34,760 nt of DNA from a virus (IMGVR_UViG_2600255154_000001:1-34760), one strand, 5' to 3'; shown: positions 9,189-18,606, numbered from the stretch's first letter. Program-made: numbers and translations. Notes: a model not told the origin generated them from the letters alone.

Positions 9189-9469
9189 TCGACAACTACC
9201 CCGAACTGAACCGAGATGAGACGATCGCCGCCGTGTCCGACTTCGGCGCCGATCGTCTCCAGGAGTTCATCGCCTTCGAGCGAGAGCACAAGAATCGGAC
9301 GACGGTGGTCGAGCCGCTCGAGCGGAAACTCGTGACCGTCACGCCCGCTGGGGGCCAGAAGTACGTCGCCGGGCTCTGGTTCGATGACCCCGATGAGACG
9401 CAGGTCACTCGACGAACCACGCGTGTCGAACGCGCCATCGCGAACGAGGACCTTCGCGAGGTGGCGTGA
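9185..9469 (+). CDS. Hypothetical neck-region protein sharing modules with 8018-8443
   Basis: ATGA-coupled; motif FEREHKNRTTVVEPL. Confidence 0.7.
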   Translation: MIDNYPELNRDETIAAVSDFGADRLQEFIAFEREHKNRTTVVEPLERKLVTVTPAGGQKYVAGLWFDDPDETQVTRRTTRVERAIANEDLREVA

Positions 9470-9906
9470 TGGTCGACGACCAGAACAACTTCGACGAGGC
9501 CCGGGAAGCCCTCGAAGACGGTCTCGAAGCCGGTCTGGTCAACCTTCACGACGAGTCGCTGGACCGCCTCGATAAGAATATGCGCCGAGGCAAGGACGCA
9601 CTCGGAAACCCCTGGGCACCGCTTCAGGAATCGACCATCCGAGCGAAGGGGCACGACACGCCCCTCATCGAGACTCGGACCTTACTGAGTGACCTGATGG
9701 CAACGTCACAGGTGTACCGTTCCGAGCTCGTCGCGGTGATCGGCTCCACGTTGGACTACTTGGTCCACCACGAGTTCGGCGCTCCCGAGGCCGGCATCCC
9801 AGCACGGCCAGTCCTCGGGCCTGTCGCACAGTATGCGGAGCAACGAGCGCCTGAGGTCATCGGGACGGAGATCGACACGCGTCTTGAACAGGCAGAGGTC
9901 GACTGA
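9466..9906 (+). CDS. Phage virion morphogenesis / tail completion protein
   Basis: DPLGNPWAPL-like segment, PLIETRTL and HEFGAPEAGIPARPVLG motifs. Confidence 0.8.
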   Translation: MMVDDQNNFDEAREALEDGLEAGLVNLHDESLDRLDKNMRRGKDALGNPWAPLQESTIRAKGHDTPLIETRTLLSDLMATSQVYRSELVAVIGSTLDYLVHHEFGAPEAGIPARPVLGPVAQYAEQRAPEVIGTEIDTRLEQAEVD

Positions 9907-10502
9907 TGCTGACGACGGCAGAAGAGGACCGCCTCGAGGCCGCGATCCCCACGACGGGGCTCACGGTTACCTACGAAGGTGGCACCTATGACTACGATCT
10001 CGACGTCCACTGGACGGGCGGCGACGATACTGACGCGGCGCCGGGCCCGGAACCGGAGTATCCGGTTCTCGTTCTGGGATGGAATTCGCAGAACAACCCG
10101 CAAACAGAGCGTCAGCCTGCCAACGGCCTCTACTCGATCGACAATCCCGTCGACGAGCCAGGCTACACTGAGACGGAGACCAACGAGGTTTCTGATGAGC
10201 TGGCTGTGGCGATCGCAGTCCGAACGACTCACGACGATAACGGCGTCCCGCCACAGGTGCGTTCGACGCAGCTGACCCGTGCGATATGGCGGGCGTTCGA
10301 CAACGAGATCGACCTCAACAGCGAGGGGCCGAACGGGGAGCGACCGATGCGCCTCTCCATCAGCTCCTCGCCGACTCCGGCACGTGTCGAGCGGACCTAC
10401 CGCCATCAGTGGGCAGTTCAGCTGCATCACGCTGAGCGGTACGTCACCGAGCACGAGACCGCCGCAGGCGCCGAGTTCACCGCCGAACAGACAGACAACT
10501 AA
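9906..10502 (+). CDS. Probable tail terminator
   Basis: 198 aa beta-rich protein directly before the sheath gene; TGATG coupling. Confidence 0.65.
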   Translation: MLTTAEEDRLEAAIPTTGLTVTYEGGTYDYDLDVHWTGGDDTDAAPGPEPEYPVLVLGWNSQNNPQTERQPANGLYSIDNPVDEPGYTETETNEVSDELAVAIAVRTTHDDNGVPPQVRSTQLTRAIWRAFDNEIDLNSEGPNGERPMRLSISSSPTPARVERTYRHQWAVQLHHAERYVTEHETAAGAEFTAEQTDN

Positions 10503-10520
10503 CTCCCTTCAGACACACAG

Positions 10521-11816
10521 ATGACAGTTTCACCCGTTGAGATTGACGTTTCGGCAGAGACCGGAGCGCTCCCCCAGGAGACCTTCACCGACGTCGCAGT
10601 GGTCGGCACGAGCGAGACGTCGCCGTCCGGTGCGGCGTTCGGAGAGGTCAACCGGTACCAGAGCGCATCCGAAGTAGCAAACGACTACGGCGACGGCAGC
10701 GACGTCCACGTGGCTTCGCAGGCCGTCGCCGAGATGGGCGCCGACGCCTGGTACGTCCTCGTCCTCGAGTCGACCGAGGTCGTCGACGAGAGCGTGGATG
10801 ACGGCACGACCGTCGCGAATACGCCCATCCACGGCGAGCCCGGCGTCATTGCCAGCTCTCGTGACGTCGTCTACACCGTCGAGTCGCCCCCGGCAACCCC
10901 CGCCACCGGCGAGGTGGCTATCAACACGGCGACCGGCGAGGTCACCACTGACGACGGCACGGCCGCGACACTGACGTACTCGTACGTCGACTGGAGCGGC
11001 CTCGAGGAGCTCGAGTACAACGGCGTCAATCGGGCCCACCTCGCCGACACGCGAGCCGGCCGGGAACACATCGGCGACTACGACGAGTTCGTCAGCTGGG
11101 CGTCGGCTGCCCAGGTGGGCGTCCCGCTCCCCATCAAGACCCCGAGCACGTTCAACAGCGACGAGGAGGCGATGACGGCCGCCCACGAGGTCGCCGGCTA
11201 CGTCCCTGGCGGGCACGTCCTCGGAGTGGTCGCCAAGACGAGCGCCGACGTCGGCGCGTACAAGCTCGGCCAGATGGCGATCAACGATCCGTGGTTTGAC
11301 CCGTACTTCGATTCCGACGGCTACCCCTACGCGATCGACTCGCTCCCCGGGCGCCTGATCGGCGACCCCGAGACGACCGAGACCTTCGTCGGCGGCGATG
11401 CGGACGGGGACGGCCCGGTCAACGTCGTCGTCTCCATCAGTGGCGTGAACGTCCTGTGGCGCTCGGTCTCGACGGCCGGCGCCGCGAGCGACTACCAGTA
11501 CTGGGACGTCCAGATGACGGAGTACTTCGCCACGTCGGTCATCGACAACACGCTGACGGAACTCCAACTGGACCGGGATCGCATCCCGTTCACCGGCGAT
11601 GGGCAATCGATGATCGAGGGCGCGATCGTCGCGGCACTCGCCGAGTACACCGGCGGGCCGGACGACCCGTTCGCGTCGGTGGACATCAACGTCCCCGACC
11701 CCGAGGACCTCCCGGAGGACGACCGGGCGAATCGGAACTGGACCGGCATCCAGCTGGACTACCAGCTGACCGGCAGTGCGCAGACGTACAGCGTCAAGAT
11801 GACGCTCAGCGTCTAA
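10521..11816 (+). CDS. Tail sheath protein
   Basis: 431 aa; N-terminal DVAVVGT, C-terminal RIPFTGDGQSMIEGAI and DRANRNW sheath motifs. Confidence 0.9.
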   Translation: MTVSPVEIDVSAETGALPQETFTDVAVVGTSETSPSGAAFGEVNRYQSASEVANDYGDGSDVHVASQAVAEMGADAWYVLVLESTEVVDESVDDGTTVANTPIHGEPGVIASSRDVVYTVESPPATPATGEVAINTATGEVTTDDGTAATLTYSYVDWSGLEELEYNGVNRAHLADTRAGREHIGDYDEFVSWASAAQVGVPLPIKTPSTFNSDEEAMTAAHEVAGYVPGGHVLGVVAKTSADVGAYKLGQMAINDPWFDPYFDSDGYPYAIDSLPGRLIGDPETTETFVGGDADGDGPVNVVVSISGVNVLWRSVSTAGAASDYQYWDVQMTEYFATSVIDNTLTELQLDRDRIPFTGDGQSMIEGAIVAALAEYTGGPDDPFASVDINVPDPEDLPEDDRANRNWTGIQLDYQLTGSAQTYSVKMTLSV

Positions 11817-11850
11817 CTGACCAGGCTCAGCACTTACGAGGCTCCTACAT

Positions 11851-12249
11851 ATGGCGCAATACAACAAGGACGAGGTCACCATCCTCGTCAACGGCGAGCG
11901 AGTTGTACAGCTGAAGAACTTCGACCCACCGGAGGAGAGCTACTCCCGGAGCTACGACGAGACCGTTGGCGACGACGACAACGTCCTGCTCAATAACACA
12001 GATCCCGAGCTCGAAGGGGAGCTCGAGGTCGCTCCGACATCGAGCACCATCACGTCGCTCAACGAATACCTCTCGAGCGGGCAGCAGGTCCCGATCACAG
12101 CCCGGTATCCGTCCGATGACGTCCGGGAGAACGATACCTGGACGGGCGTCGTGTTCACGGATAAGGCGTTCGCGAACAGCTTCGACGACGATCCCGAGTC
12201 GCCACCGAACCGGACCTACACCTTCATCGCGGACGACATCCAGAACTAA
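11851..12249 (+). CDS. Tail tube protein
   Basis: 132 aa after the sheath; YNKDEVTILVNG start and RTYTF end. Confidence 0.85.
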   Translation: MAQYNKDEVTILVNGERVVQLKNFDPPEESYSRSYDETVGDDDNVLLNNTDPELEGELEVAPTSSTITSLNEYLSSGQQVPITARYPSDDVRENDTWTGVVFTDKAFANSFDDDPESPPNRTYTFIADDIQN

Positions 12250-12250
12250 G

Positions 12251-12649
12251 ATGTCGGACGAACTCACCATCCAAGAGCTCGAGGAACAGGATTGGGATGT
12301 GGGTGGCGACTCGCAGTCGGATATCACCCACGAGTTTATGAATGGGAACGAGGTGACGTTCCGCGTTCAGGACCCCGAATCGGACGACATAATGGAATTC
12401 GTGTCGCCGGCGCCGGATGATGCGGATCATTCGGAAGAGCTGTTCTCGTTCGTCAGCAAGGCCATCATCGCCCCGGAGATCACGATGGAGAAGTGGCGCG
12501 ATATGCGGATCGCCGACCGCATCATCCTGGCTGACAAGGTCGGCAAAGAGGTCGGGGTCGACCGGATTATGGGTTTTTCCGACGGTGGGCTCGAAGCCCA
12601 ACTGGAAGAACTACTATCCGAATCGCAAGAGAGTGGCGACTCCCAATAG
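12251..12649 (+). CDS. Tail assembly chaperone (short, lambda G-like form)
   Basis: Acidic 132 aa ORF from ATG 12251, between tube and tape measure genes. Confidence 0.8.
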   Translation: MSDELTIQELEEQDWDVGGDSQSDITHEFMNGNEVTFRVQDPESDDIMEFVSPAPDDADHSEELFSFVSKAIIAPEITMEKWRDMRIADRIILADKVGKEVGVDRIMGFSDGGLEAQLEELLSESQESGDSQ

Positions 12650-12819
12650 AGGAGGTCGACGCCTGGCCCTGGGCTAAGAAGCTGTTCTACGCCGAGTGTC
12701 TGGCCGCGACCGACCGCGACGTCGACGAGGACCAGTTCGATATGGACATCGAGAACCTGGTCGACCAGATGCAAAACGCGTCAGAAACTCCCTCGAACCC
12801 GCAGCAGTGGTCTCCGTGA
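12251..12819 (+). CDS. Tail assembly chaperone, -1 frameshift-extended (GT-like) form
   Basis: In-frame slippery G GGT TTT at 12571-12577, hairpin at 12586-12600, -1 frame open to TGA 12817-12819. Confidence 0.8.
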
Positions 12820-12837
12820 CTGACGCTCATTCAACCG

Positions 12838-13011
12838 TCATTCAACCGGCCGCTCGAAGATGAAGAAGACGGTACTTCCCGATTGATCGACTTTTTCCTT
12901 CAGCTGCCACCCTTGCTCAGCCAGTTGGTTTATTTTCTCATCTCCGACCTCGCTGAAGTCTAGGACATTGAGGTTGATTGACTTATACTCGAACCGTTGA
13001 TCCTGCGACAT
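12838..13011 (-). CDS. DUF4177-like small protein (57 aa), antisense moron
   Basis: MSQDQRFEYKSINL...INQLAEQGWQL...FIFERP matches the FEYK / N..G..GWEL / F.RP pattern; lower GC; has its own TATA. Confidence 0.75.
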   Translation of the reverse strand: MSQDQRFEYKSINLNVLDFSEVGDEKINQLAEQGWQLKEKVDQSGSTVFFIFERPVE

Positions 13012-13035
13012 TGGTCGTAGTTGACTGCAGTCATT

Positions 13036-13045
13036 CATAAAAATA
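13036..13045 (-). promoter_or_regulatory. TATA box of the DUF4177-like gene (leaderless type)
   Basis: TATTTTTATG on the - strand, ending 25 nt before ATG 13011. Confidence 0.55.
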
Positions 13046-13055
13046 CTCACCAAAA

Positions 13056-16000
13056 ATGGTTGGAACAGGCGGGCATCGAGCGATCGCGACAGTCCTGACT
13101 GCCCGAGATCGTGCGTCCGGAAAGCTAGACGACGTCGAGGAAGCCGGCGACCGGGCATCCAAGTCGATGGAACGCACCGAGGAGCGACTGGACGGGATGA
13201 CCCAGGCGCTCGGGGTTGCCGGTGGCGCGACTGCTGCCCTCGGGGGATCGATCGGGCTGTTGGTCAGCAAATTCGGGAAGCTTGATCAAGAGTATCAGAC
13301 GATCCAGACGACGTCCGGAGCAACCGCTGAGCAAATGGAGAAGATCCGGGAGGCAGCAAGAGGTGTCTCGACGACACTCCCGATCTCTCTGATGCAGTCG
13401 ACGCAGGCGATGAAGGCGCTGTCGTTCGCCGGACTCTCGGCCTCGGAATCGATGGCTGCCCTCAGCGAGACGAGTCAGTTGGCGATCGCCGGCAACTTAC
13501 AGGCCTCCCAGGCTGCCGAGATCGTGGCACAATCGCTGAATGCCTTCCAGCTAGAGGCTGATCAGGCGAATGCGGTTGTTGGCGCGCTCGGAGCGACCTT
13601 CAGCAACTCGACGACTCGGATCCAAGGGCTCGCCAGCGCACTCTCGAATGTTCAGGCAACTGCGGCTGCTGCAGGCATCTCCGTCTCCGGGACTGTCGCT
13701 AGCCTGGGGCTGCTCGCTGACAACGGCCTCCAGGCATCAAAGGCCGGGACGTCCCTGAATGCAGTGCTATCTCGGCTGACTGGGAGCAGCAGTGAGACCC
13801 AGAAGGCGATGGAAGAGCTCGGCTTGTCGACGTCGGACTTCACCAACGAAGCGGGGGAGCTCCAGGGAGTCACATCGATAATGTCGACGCTGTCGACACA
13901 GATGGAAGACGTCGACTCCCAGGCCGAGCGGATCCGGCTCGCCCAACAGCTTGCTGGTCGCGAGGGCGCACGTGCGCTCCTGCCGATGATTCAGCAGACT
14001 GATAAGCTGGAGCAAAAGCTCCAGCAGAACCTGCGGGCGCAGATCCAGGGCGCAATTGGCGACATCTCCGAGATGAATGAGCAGGAGATCTCGATGGCGT
14101 CCGAAGCGCTCGGAATGGAGAATCTCTCTGGGCAGACGACGACTCAAGAGCTCATCACCAACCTGCAGAGGCTGGATGAGCAGGGCGAATCGACTGAACA
14201 GATCGTCTCCCGACTGCAGGTTGGCCTCGGGCTGACCGATGAAGCAGCACAGTCCCTGGCGGCTGACATCACTGAGACGAACAAGTCGGCCGAAAAACTC
14301 GCCGAGGGGATCGGCGGAGTCGTCACTGCAGAAGAGCTCGCACAGAAACAGACGGAGACGCTCAGTGGCCAGATCCAGCAGCTGCGTTCTGACCTGCAGG
14401 TCCTCGGTGACCAGATGTACCAGGGCACCAGGCCGGCAGTCTCAGCACTCGTTGGCGGGCTTCGATCCATATCGACACCTCTCGCTCAGAATGAGACAGC
14501 AGCCCGTGCGTTAGGCGTTGGACTTGTAGCGCTCACTGGGGCGGCAGGACTTGCGACTGCTGGCCTCGCTGCCCATACTGCACAACTCAAAATCGCGACA
14601 CTAACCCAGAGTGGTTTCGCCTCTCAGACGGTTGCTGGGACTGCCGCGCTGAAGGCGCACGCTGTCGCGACGGGCGCTGCCTCTCGAGCGCAGTGGTTGA
14701 TGACAGCGTCGACGGGACAGCTGATCGCCGCCACCCAGGCGAAGACGACCGCGATGTGGACGTCGATCACGGGGCTGTACTCGTCGGCGACGGCTGCGAT
14801 CGTGGATGCAACCGCGAAGGGGGTGATGACCACCGCAACGCTGCTGGCCGCGGGTGCGATGTCGACGCTGTGGGCGACGCTCGGCCCCGTCGGGCTGGCC
14901 ATCATCGGGCTGACTGCAGGGGCGATCGCCTTGGCGGGTGTCCTGAAGACGGACTTTATGGGCGCCGGCGAGGAGGCTGGCGCCGTGATCGGCTGGTTCG
15001 GCCAGAAGGCAGGCCAGGCGTGGGCGATCACCAAGCAGTTCCTCGGGATACTCTACGAGCTCGGCCGCATCTCCGTGACGCTCGGAGGGATGGCGTTGCT
15101 TGCTCCCTTCGCGGCGCTCCTAAAACTCCCCGGGACGCTCCGGGGCATTGCACCCAAGGCGAAGCAGGCGGCGATGGAGCTCCCGGGAGAGGTTGTCGCC
15201 GGGCTGAATTCGTTAGGTCGCTGGAAGTACCTGGTCCCGCTGGTGGGTCCGTTGATGGGAGCCCACGAGCTGATCACTGGAGTCGGCCCGGACGTGAAGG
15301 GGGCAGCGAGGCAGCTCCCGGGAGAGGTCATCGCCGGGCTGAACTCGTTGGGTCGCTGGAAATACCTGGTCCCGCTCGTCGGACCGTTGATGGGTGCCCA
15401 CGAGTTGATCACTGGAGTCGGCCCGAACGTGAGGGCGGCTGCGGCCGGCCTTCCGGAACAGATCATCGCAGGTCTGGGGAGTATGGGTCCGTGGAAGTAC
15501 GCCATTCCGCTCATCGGTCCGCTGCTCGCGGCCCGGAGTATGATCACTGACCCACAGAAGTGGCTCTCGGCTGGAGAGCAGATCCCGATGATGGTCGCCC
15601 GTGGAATCCGGTCGACGGCCACGGCGCCGATCGATGCGGTGGCGGGCGTGGCCGGCGGGATTCGTGACCGGTTGCCGTTCTCGCCGGCGGCGGCAGGCCC
15701 GCTGCAGTCGCTCGACGAGACGGGACCAGCGCTGGTCCAGACGATCGCGAGCGGCATCGAGGGCGAGCAGGGGACGCTGGTCTCCACGGTGTCGTCAGTA
15801 CTGGCCGCGACGCCGGCGGGTCAAGGTGCCCAGGCGGTCGGCGGCCTGTTGTCGTCAACGCCGCTCGGGATGGCCGTCGGCGCCGCGGCCGACACGGTCG
15901 GGGGGCAGTCCGGCGGCGCTACCGGACAGTCGTTCGACGTGACGGTCACGAACAACATCACGATCGAGGGCGGCGCCGGTGGGTCGACTGAGGCGTCGGT

Positions 16001-16076
16001 CGAGCAGGCTGCGGAGGCCGGGACGTCGACGGGCCTCGAGAACTTCTTCGATCGCTTAGCGAGGGAGAACAGATGA
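13056..16076 (+). CDS. Tape measure protein (TP901-like core)
   Basis: 1006 aa, Ala/Gly-rich and helical; ALSFAG, LADNGLQASKAGTSLNAVL and FTNEAGEL core motifs. Confidence 0.95.
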   Translation: MVGTGGHRAIATVLTARDRASGKLDDVEEAGDRASKSMERTEERLDGMTQALGVAGGATAALGGSIGLLVSKFGKLDQEYQTIQTTSGATAEQMEKIREAARGVSTTLPISLMQSTQAMKALSFAGLSASESMAALSETSQLAIAGNLQASQAAEIVAQSLNAFQLEADQANAVVGALGATFSNSTTRIQGLASALSNVQATAAAAGISVSGTVASLGLLADNGLQASKAGTSLNAVLSRLTGSSSETQKAMEELGLSTSDFTNEAGELQGVTSIMSTLSTQMEDVDSQAERIRLAQQLAGREGARALLPMIQQTDKLEQKLQQNLRAQIQGAIGDISEMNEQEISMASEALGMENLSGQTTTQELITNLQRLDEQGESTEQIVSRLQVGLGLTDEAAQSLAADITETNKSAEKLAEGIGGVVTAEELAQKQTETLSGQIQQLRSDLQVLGDQMYQGTRPAVSALVGGLRSISTPLAQNETAARALGVGLVALTGAAGLATAGLAAHTAQLKIATLTQSGFASQTVAGTAALKAHAVATGAASRAQWLMTASTGQLIAATQAKTTAMWTSITGLYSSATAAIVDATAKGVMTTATLLAAGAMSTLWATLGPVGLAIIGLTAGAIALAGVLKTDFMGAGEEAGAVIGWFGQKAGQAWAITKQFLGILYELGRISVTLGGMALLAPFAALLKLPGTLRGIAPKAKQAAMELPGEVVAGLNSLGRWKYLVPLVGPLMGAHELITGVGPDVKGAARQLPGEVIAGLNSLGRWKYLVPLVGPLMGAHELITGVGPNVRAAAAGLPEQIIAGLGSMGPWKYAIPLIGPLLAARSMITDPQKWLSAGEQIPMMVARGIRSTATAPIDAVAGVAGGIRDRLPFSPAAAGPLQSLDETGPALVQTIASGIEGEQGTLVSTVSSVLAATPAGQGAQAVGGLLSSTPLGMAVGAAADTVGGQSGGATGQSFDVTVTNNITIEGGAGGSTEASVEQAAEAGTSTGLENFFDRLARENR
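15180..15584 (+). repeat. Three tandem 135-bp (45-aa) repeats in the tape measure gene
   Basis: Units start at 15180, 15315 and 15450 (LPGEVVAGLNSLGRWKYLVPLVGPLMGAHELITGVGPDVKGAARQ); the third is more diverged. Confidence 0.9.
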
Positions 16077-16591
16077 CGCGCGTCACCATCGACGACGTCG
16101 TCCTCCACGCGACGAGTGTCTCGAATAGTGGTGGCTGGAACACGACGTCGAAGCAGACTGAAGAGGGATTCGAGTTCACGAGCTACATTCGGTCGGAGCC
16201 GATCGAGGCATCCATTGAGGGATGGATCCCGGTCGAAGACTACAGCACGCTGCAGAACCTTCGGGACTCCGCCGAGCCCTTCCCGGCATCGATCGGCGAG
16301 TTGTCCATTCGGAGGGCCTCGCTGGAGTCGCTCGACATCTCCGAAGAGCAGGGGACCTCCTCACACTACAAGGTCTCGGTGACGATCAAGGAGCTCCGAC
16401 AGGCGTCGATCGAGACAGCCGAGATCTCGATCGAGACGGAGTCGTCGGGGTCGATGGGGACGGCCGCCGAGGACGTCGAGAAGTCGGCGGCACAACCCGA
16501 GGGTTCGAACGGCGGCGAGACCGAGGAGGAAACGGGCGGTGTGGCGGGGACGCTCGCCGGCATTCGTGAGTCGCTGTCGGGGGTGCTCTAA
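16073..16591 (+). CDS. Baseplate / tube-initiator (Dit-like) protein
   Basis: After the tape measure gene; KQTEEGFEFTSYI...P motif typical of this class. Confidence 0.7.
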   Translation: MTRVTIDDVVLHATSVSNSGGWNTTSKQTEEGFEFTSYIRSEPIEASIEGWIPVEDYSTLQNLRDSAEPFPASIGELSIRRASLESLDISEEQGTSSHYKVSVTIKELRQASIETAEISIETESSGSMGTAAEDVEKSAAQPEGSNGGETEEETGGVAGTLAGIRESLSGVL

Positions 16592-16932
16592 TGGAGCGCA
16601 TCCCGATTCCGGAAGATCGTGCCCAGGAGAAGCGCCCGATCCACCTCGAGTTCATCCCTCGGTCGTTCCCGGGCCAGCGGTTCGCGGTGCGTTTCGACTG
16701 GAACGACTACGCTGAACAGTGGACGATCGAGCTCGAGCACGTGCGCCGAGAGTACATGATCACGAAGTCAGTCGCGACGCCGTTCCGGCCGTACTCGTAC
16801 CTGCCGTATCTCGTCTTCGTGCTGGCAGATACGGCGGGTGAGGTCGAGTCGGTGACCCCGCAGAACCTCGGTGACGAGGTGAAGCTGTGGGTGCTTCCGG
16901 GACCGTCCGGGCAGCCGCCGGAGGAGCAGTAG
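16591..16932 (+). CDS. Small baseplate plug-type protein
   Basis: 113 aa with FDWNDYAEQWTIEL motif; TAATG coupling. Confidence 0.65.
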   Translation: MERIPIPEDRAQEKRPIHLEFIPRSFPGQRFAVRFDWNDYAEQWTIELEHVRREYMITKSVATPFRPYSYLPYLVFVLADTAGEVESVTPQNLGDEVKLWVLPGPSGQPPEEQ

Positions 16933-17775
16933 ATGGTTTGGAGTCAGTACCGGAGCGTCGACGCCGGCGAGGTCACGCTTGACGGCTTGGATCTCGAGAT
17001 CGTCGTGACGAAGCCGAAGGACGACCCGCTCGAGTTCGAGGTGACCACGTGGAACTTGACGTCGGAAACGTGGGGTCGCATCGAAGACGGCGACCTCTGT
17101 CGTATCGAGCTCGGCTGGGATGATGGTCCCTCGGAGACGGTGATGATCGGACAGATCGACACCCGGGACCGGACGTCAAACCAGGGGGACATCTCGTATA
17201 CGATCAAGGGCATCGACGAGACGGAGGCCGTGACGAAGACGCGGCCGGACGATTCCTGGTCGCAGAAGTCGTGGCTGAACAAGCGCCCCGACCAGATCGT
17301 TCAGGCGATCGCCGGCGAGCTCGGGCTGTCGGCACAGACGGCCTCGGCCGGCCCACCGATCCAGGGCTCGTGGGCAGTTACGCCAGACAAGACGGTCGCG
17401 GGCTGGCTCGATGACCTGCTGCAGCTGGCTGCCGAGGGGACGGGCGTCGAGTGGGAGTGGTTCGCGTCACGGGGTCAGATCTTCTTTATGCCTCGCAGCG
17501 AGGGCACGGTCGAGGCGCCGGAGTTGAGCTACGACGGGATGCTGCTGTCCGTTGGGCCGAAGTCGGACACGAACGACGACGCCGAGGGACAGCTCTCGTT
17601 CGAGGCGATGCTCGAGCCGAGAATCACCAAGGGCGCGACCGTGTACGTGAACACCGACGACTACCAGGGCCCGTACCGCGTCAGTGATTACGAGTTCCAG
17701 TCGTCGACGGACTCCGGGGATCACCTCGTCAGTGGCACGCTGATCCCGATCGAGGGCGACTACTCCGTGGAATAA
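16933..17775 (+). CDS. Baseplate hub protein
   Basis: 280 aa; IELGW, EWFASRGQIFF, LEPRITKG and YRV motifs of myovirus hubs. Confidence 0.8.
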   Translation: MVWSQYRSVDAGEVTLDGLDLEIVVTKPKDDPLEFEVTTWNLTSETWGRIEDGDLCRIELGWDDGPSETVMIGQIDTRDRTSNQGDISYTIKGIDETEAVTKTRPDDSWSQKSWLNKRPDQIVQAIAGELGLSAQTASAGPPIQGSWAVTPDKTVAGWLDDLLQLAAEGTGVEWEWFASRGQIFFMPRSEGTVEAPELSYDGMLLSVGPKSDTNDDAEGQLSFEAMLEPRITKGATVYVNTDDYQGPYRVSDYEFQSSTDSGDHLVSGTLIPIEGDYSVE

Positions 17776-17813
17776 CTCGGACGAATTCGCGAAGACATCA
17801 CTCAGAGGATACG

Positions 17814-17954
17814 ATGAGCGCTTGGGAACGATCGACGGTCGAGTGTATCGACTGCGACGGGACGGCCGTCGCGAAGACTGATCAGTGGGGCAAGGTGATC
17901 GCCTACGAGTGCCCCCAGTGTGAGTGCTCCATCGATCCGGAGGACCTCGGATGA
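17814..17954 (+). CDS. Zinc-binding microprotein (46 aa) in the baseplate cluster
   Basis: MSAWERSTVECIDCDGTAVAKTDQWGKVIAYECPQCECSIDPEDLG; fills the gap between hub and spike genes; ATGA overlap with the spike gene. Confidence 0.75.
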   Translation: MSAWERSTVECIDCDGTAVAKTDQWGKVIAYECPQCECSIDPEDLG

Positions 17955-18589
17955 CCGGATTCATAGAGATCCTCCGGGAGTTCGTCCAGGGCGAGATCCG
18001 CGGCATCTACACGGTGACGTTCGTCCGTGTCGAGGAGATCAACGAGTCGACTCGCCGAGCGGTCGTCTCGCTGAAGAGCGACTCGGACATCCTCGTCGAC
18101 AACGTCCCCGTCGCGTCACCGTTCGCCCGGTCCGGCGCCGGGATGATCGTTCCGGTCGAGCGGGGCGATGAGGGACTAGTGCTTCACGCCCAGGAGCCGC
18201 TCGACAAGCAGATCCAGGAGCGCGGGGAGCAACCTCCGGACTCGGAGCGCCGGTTCCAGCTTGAGGACGCCGTCCTGCTGCCGATGGTGTGGCTCGACGA
18301 GGACGACGTCCCCGACCACGAGGCGGGCGAGTTCCAACTCGCGCTGCCAGGTGACGGGAGTGTGTTTCGTATGCTCCCCGATGGCCGGGTCCGCATCGAG
18401 CACGCATCGGGGAACGCCATCGCGATGGCTGCTGACGGGTCCGTGACGATCGGCGCCGAGGACGGCGCGTCGGCGGTGCTCAACGAGACCGCGGCGATCG
18501 AGTACGAGGACACTCAGCCGGACGGGTCGACGTCGACGAAGACGGCGACGATCACCGACCCGGGGTCGGAGGACCTCAACGCATCCTGA
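17951..18589 (+). CDS. Baseplate central spike (Mu gp45 / P2 gpV / Gp138-like)
   Basis: OB-fold N-terminus with VPV...G...VPVERGDEGLV, then short beta repeats; start ATG 17951. Confidence 0.8.
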   Translation: MTGFIEILREFVQGEIRGIYTVTFVRVEEINESTRRAVVSLKSDSDILVDNVPVASPFARSGAGMIVPVERGDEGLVLHAQEPLDKQIQERGEQPPDSERRFQLEDAVLLPMVWLDEDDVPDHEAGEFQLALPGDGSVFRMLPDGRVRIEHASGNAIAMAADGSVTIGAEDGASAVLNETAAIEYEDTQPDGSTSTKTATITDPGSEDLNAS

Positions 18590-18606
18590 CTGGAGTTGAC
18601 GAGACG

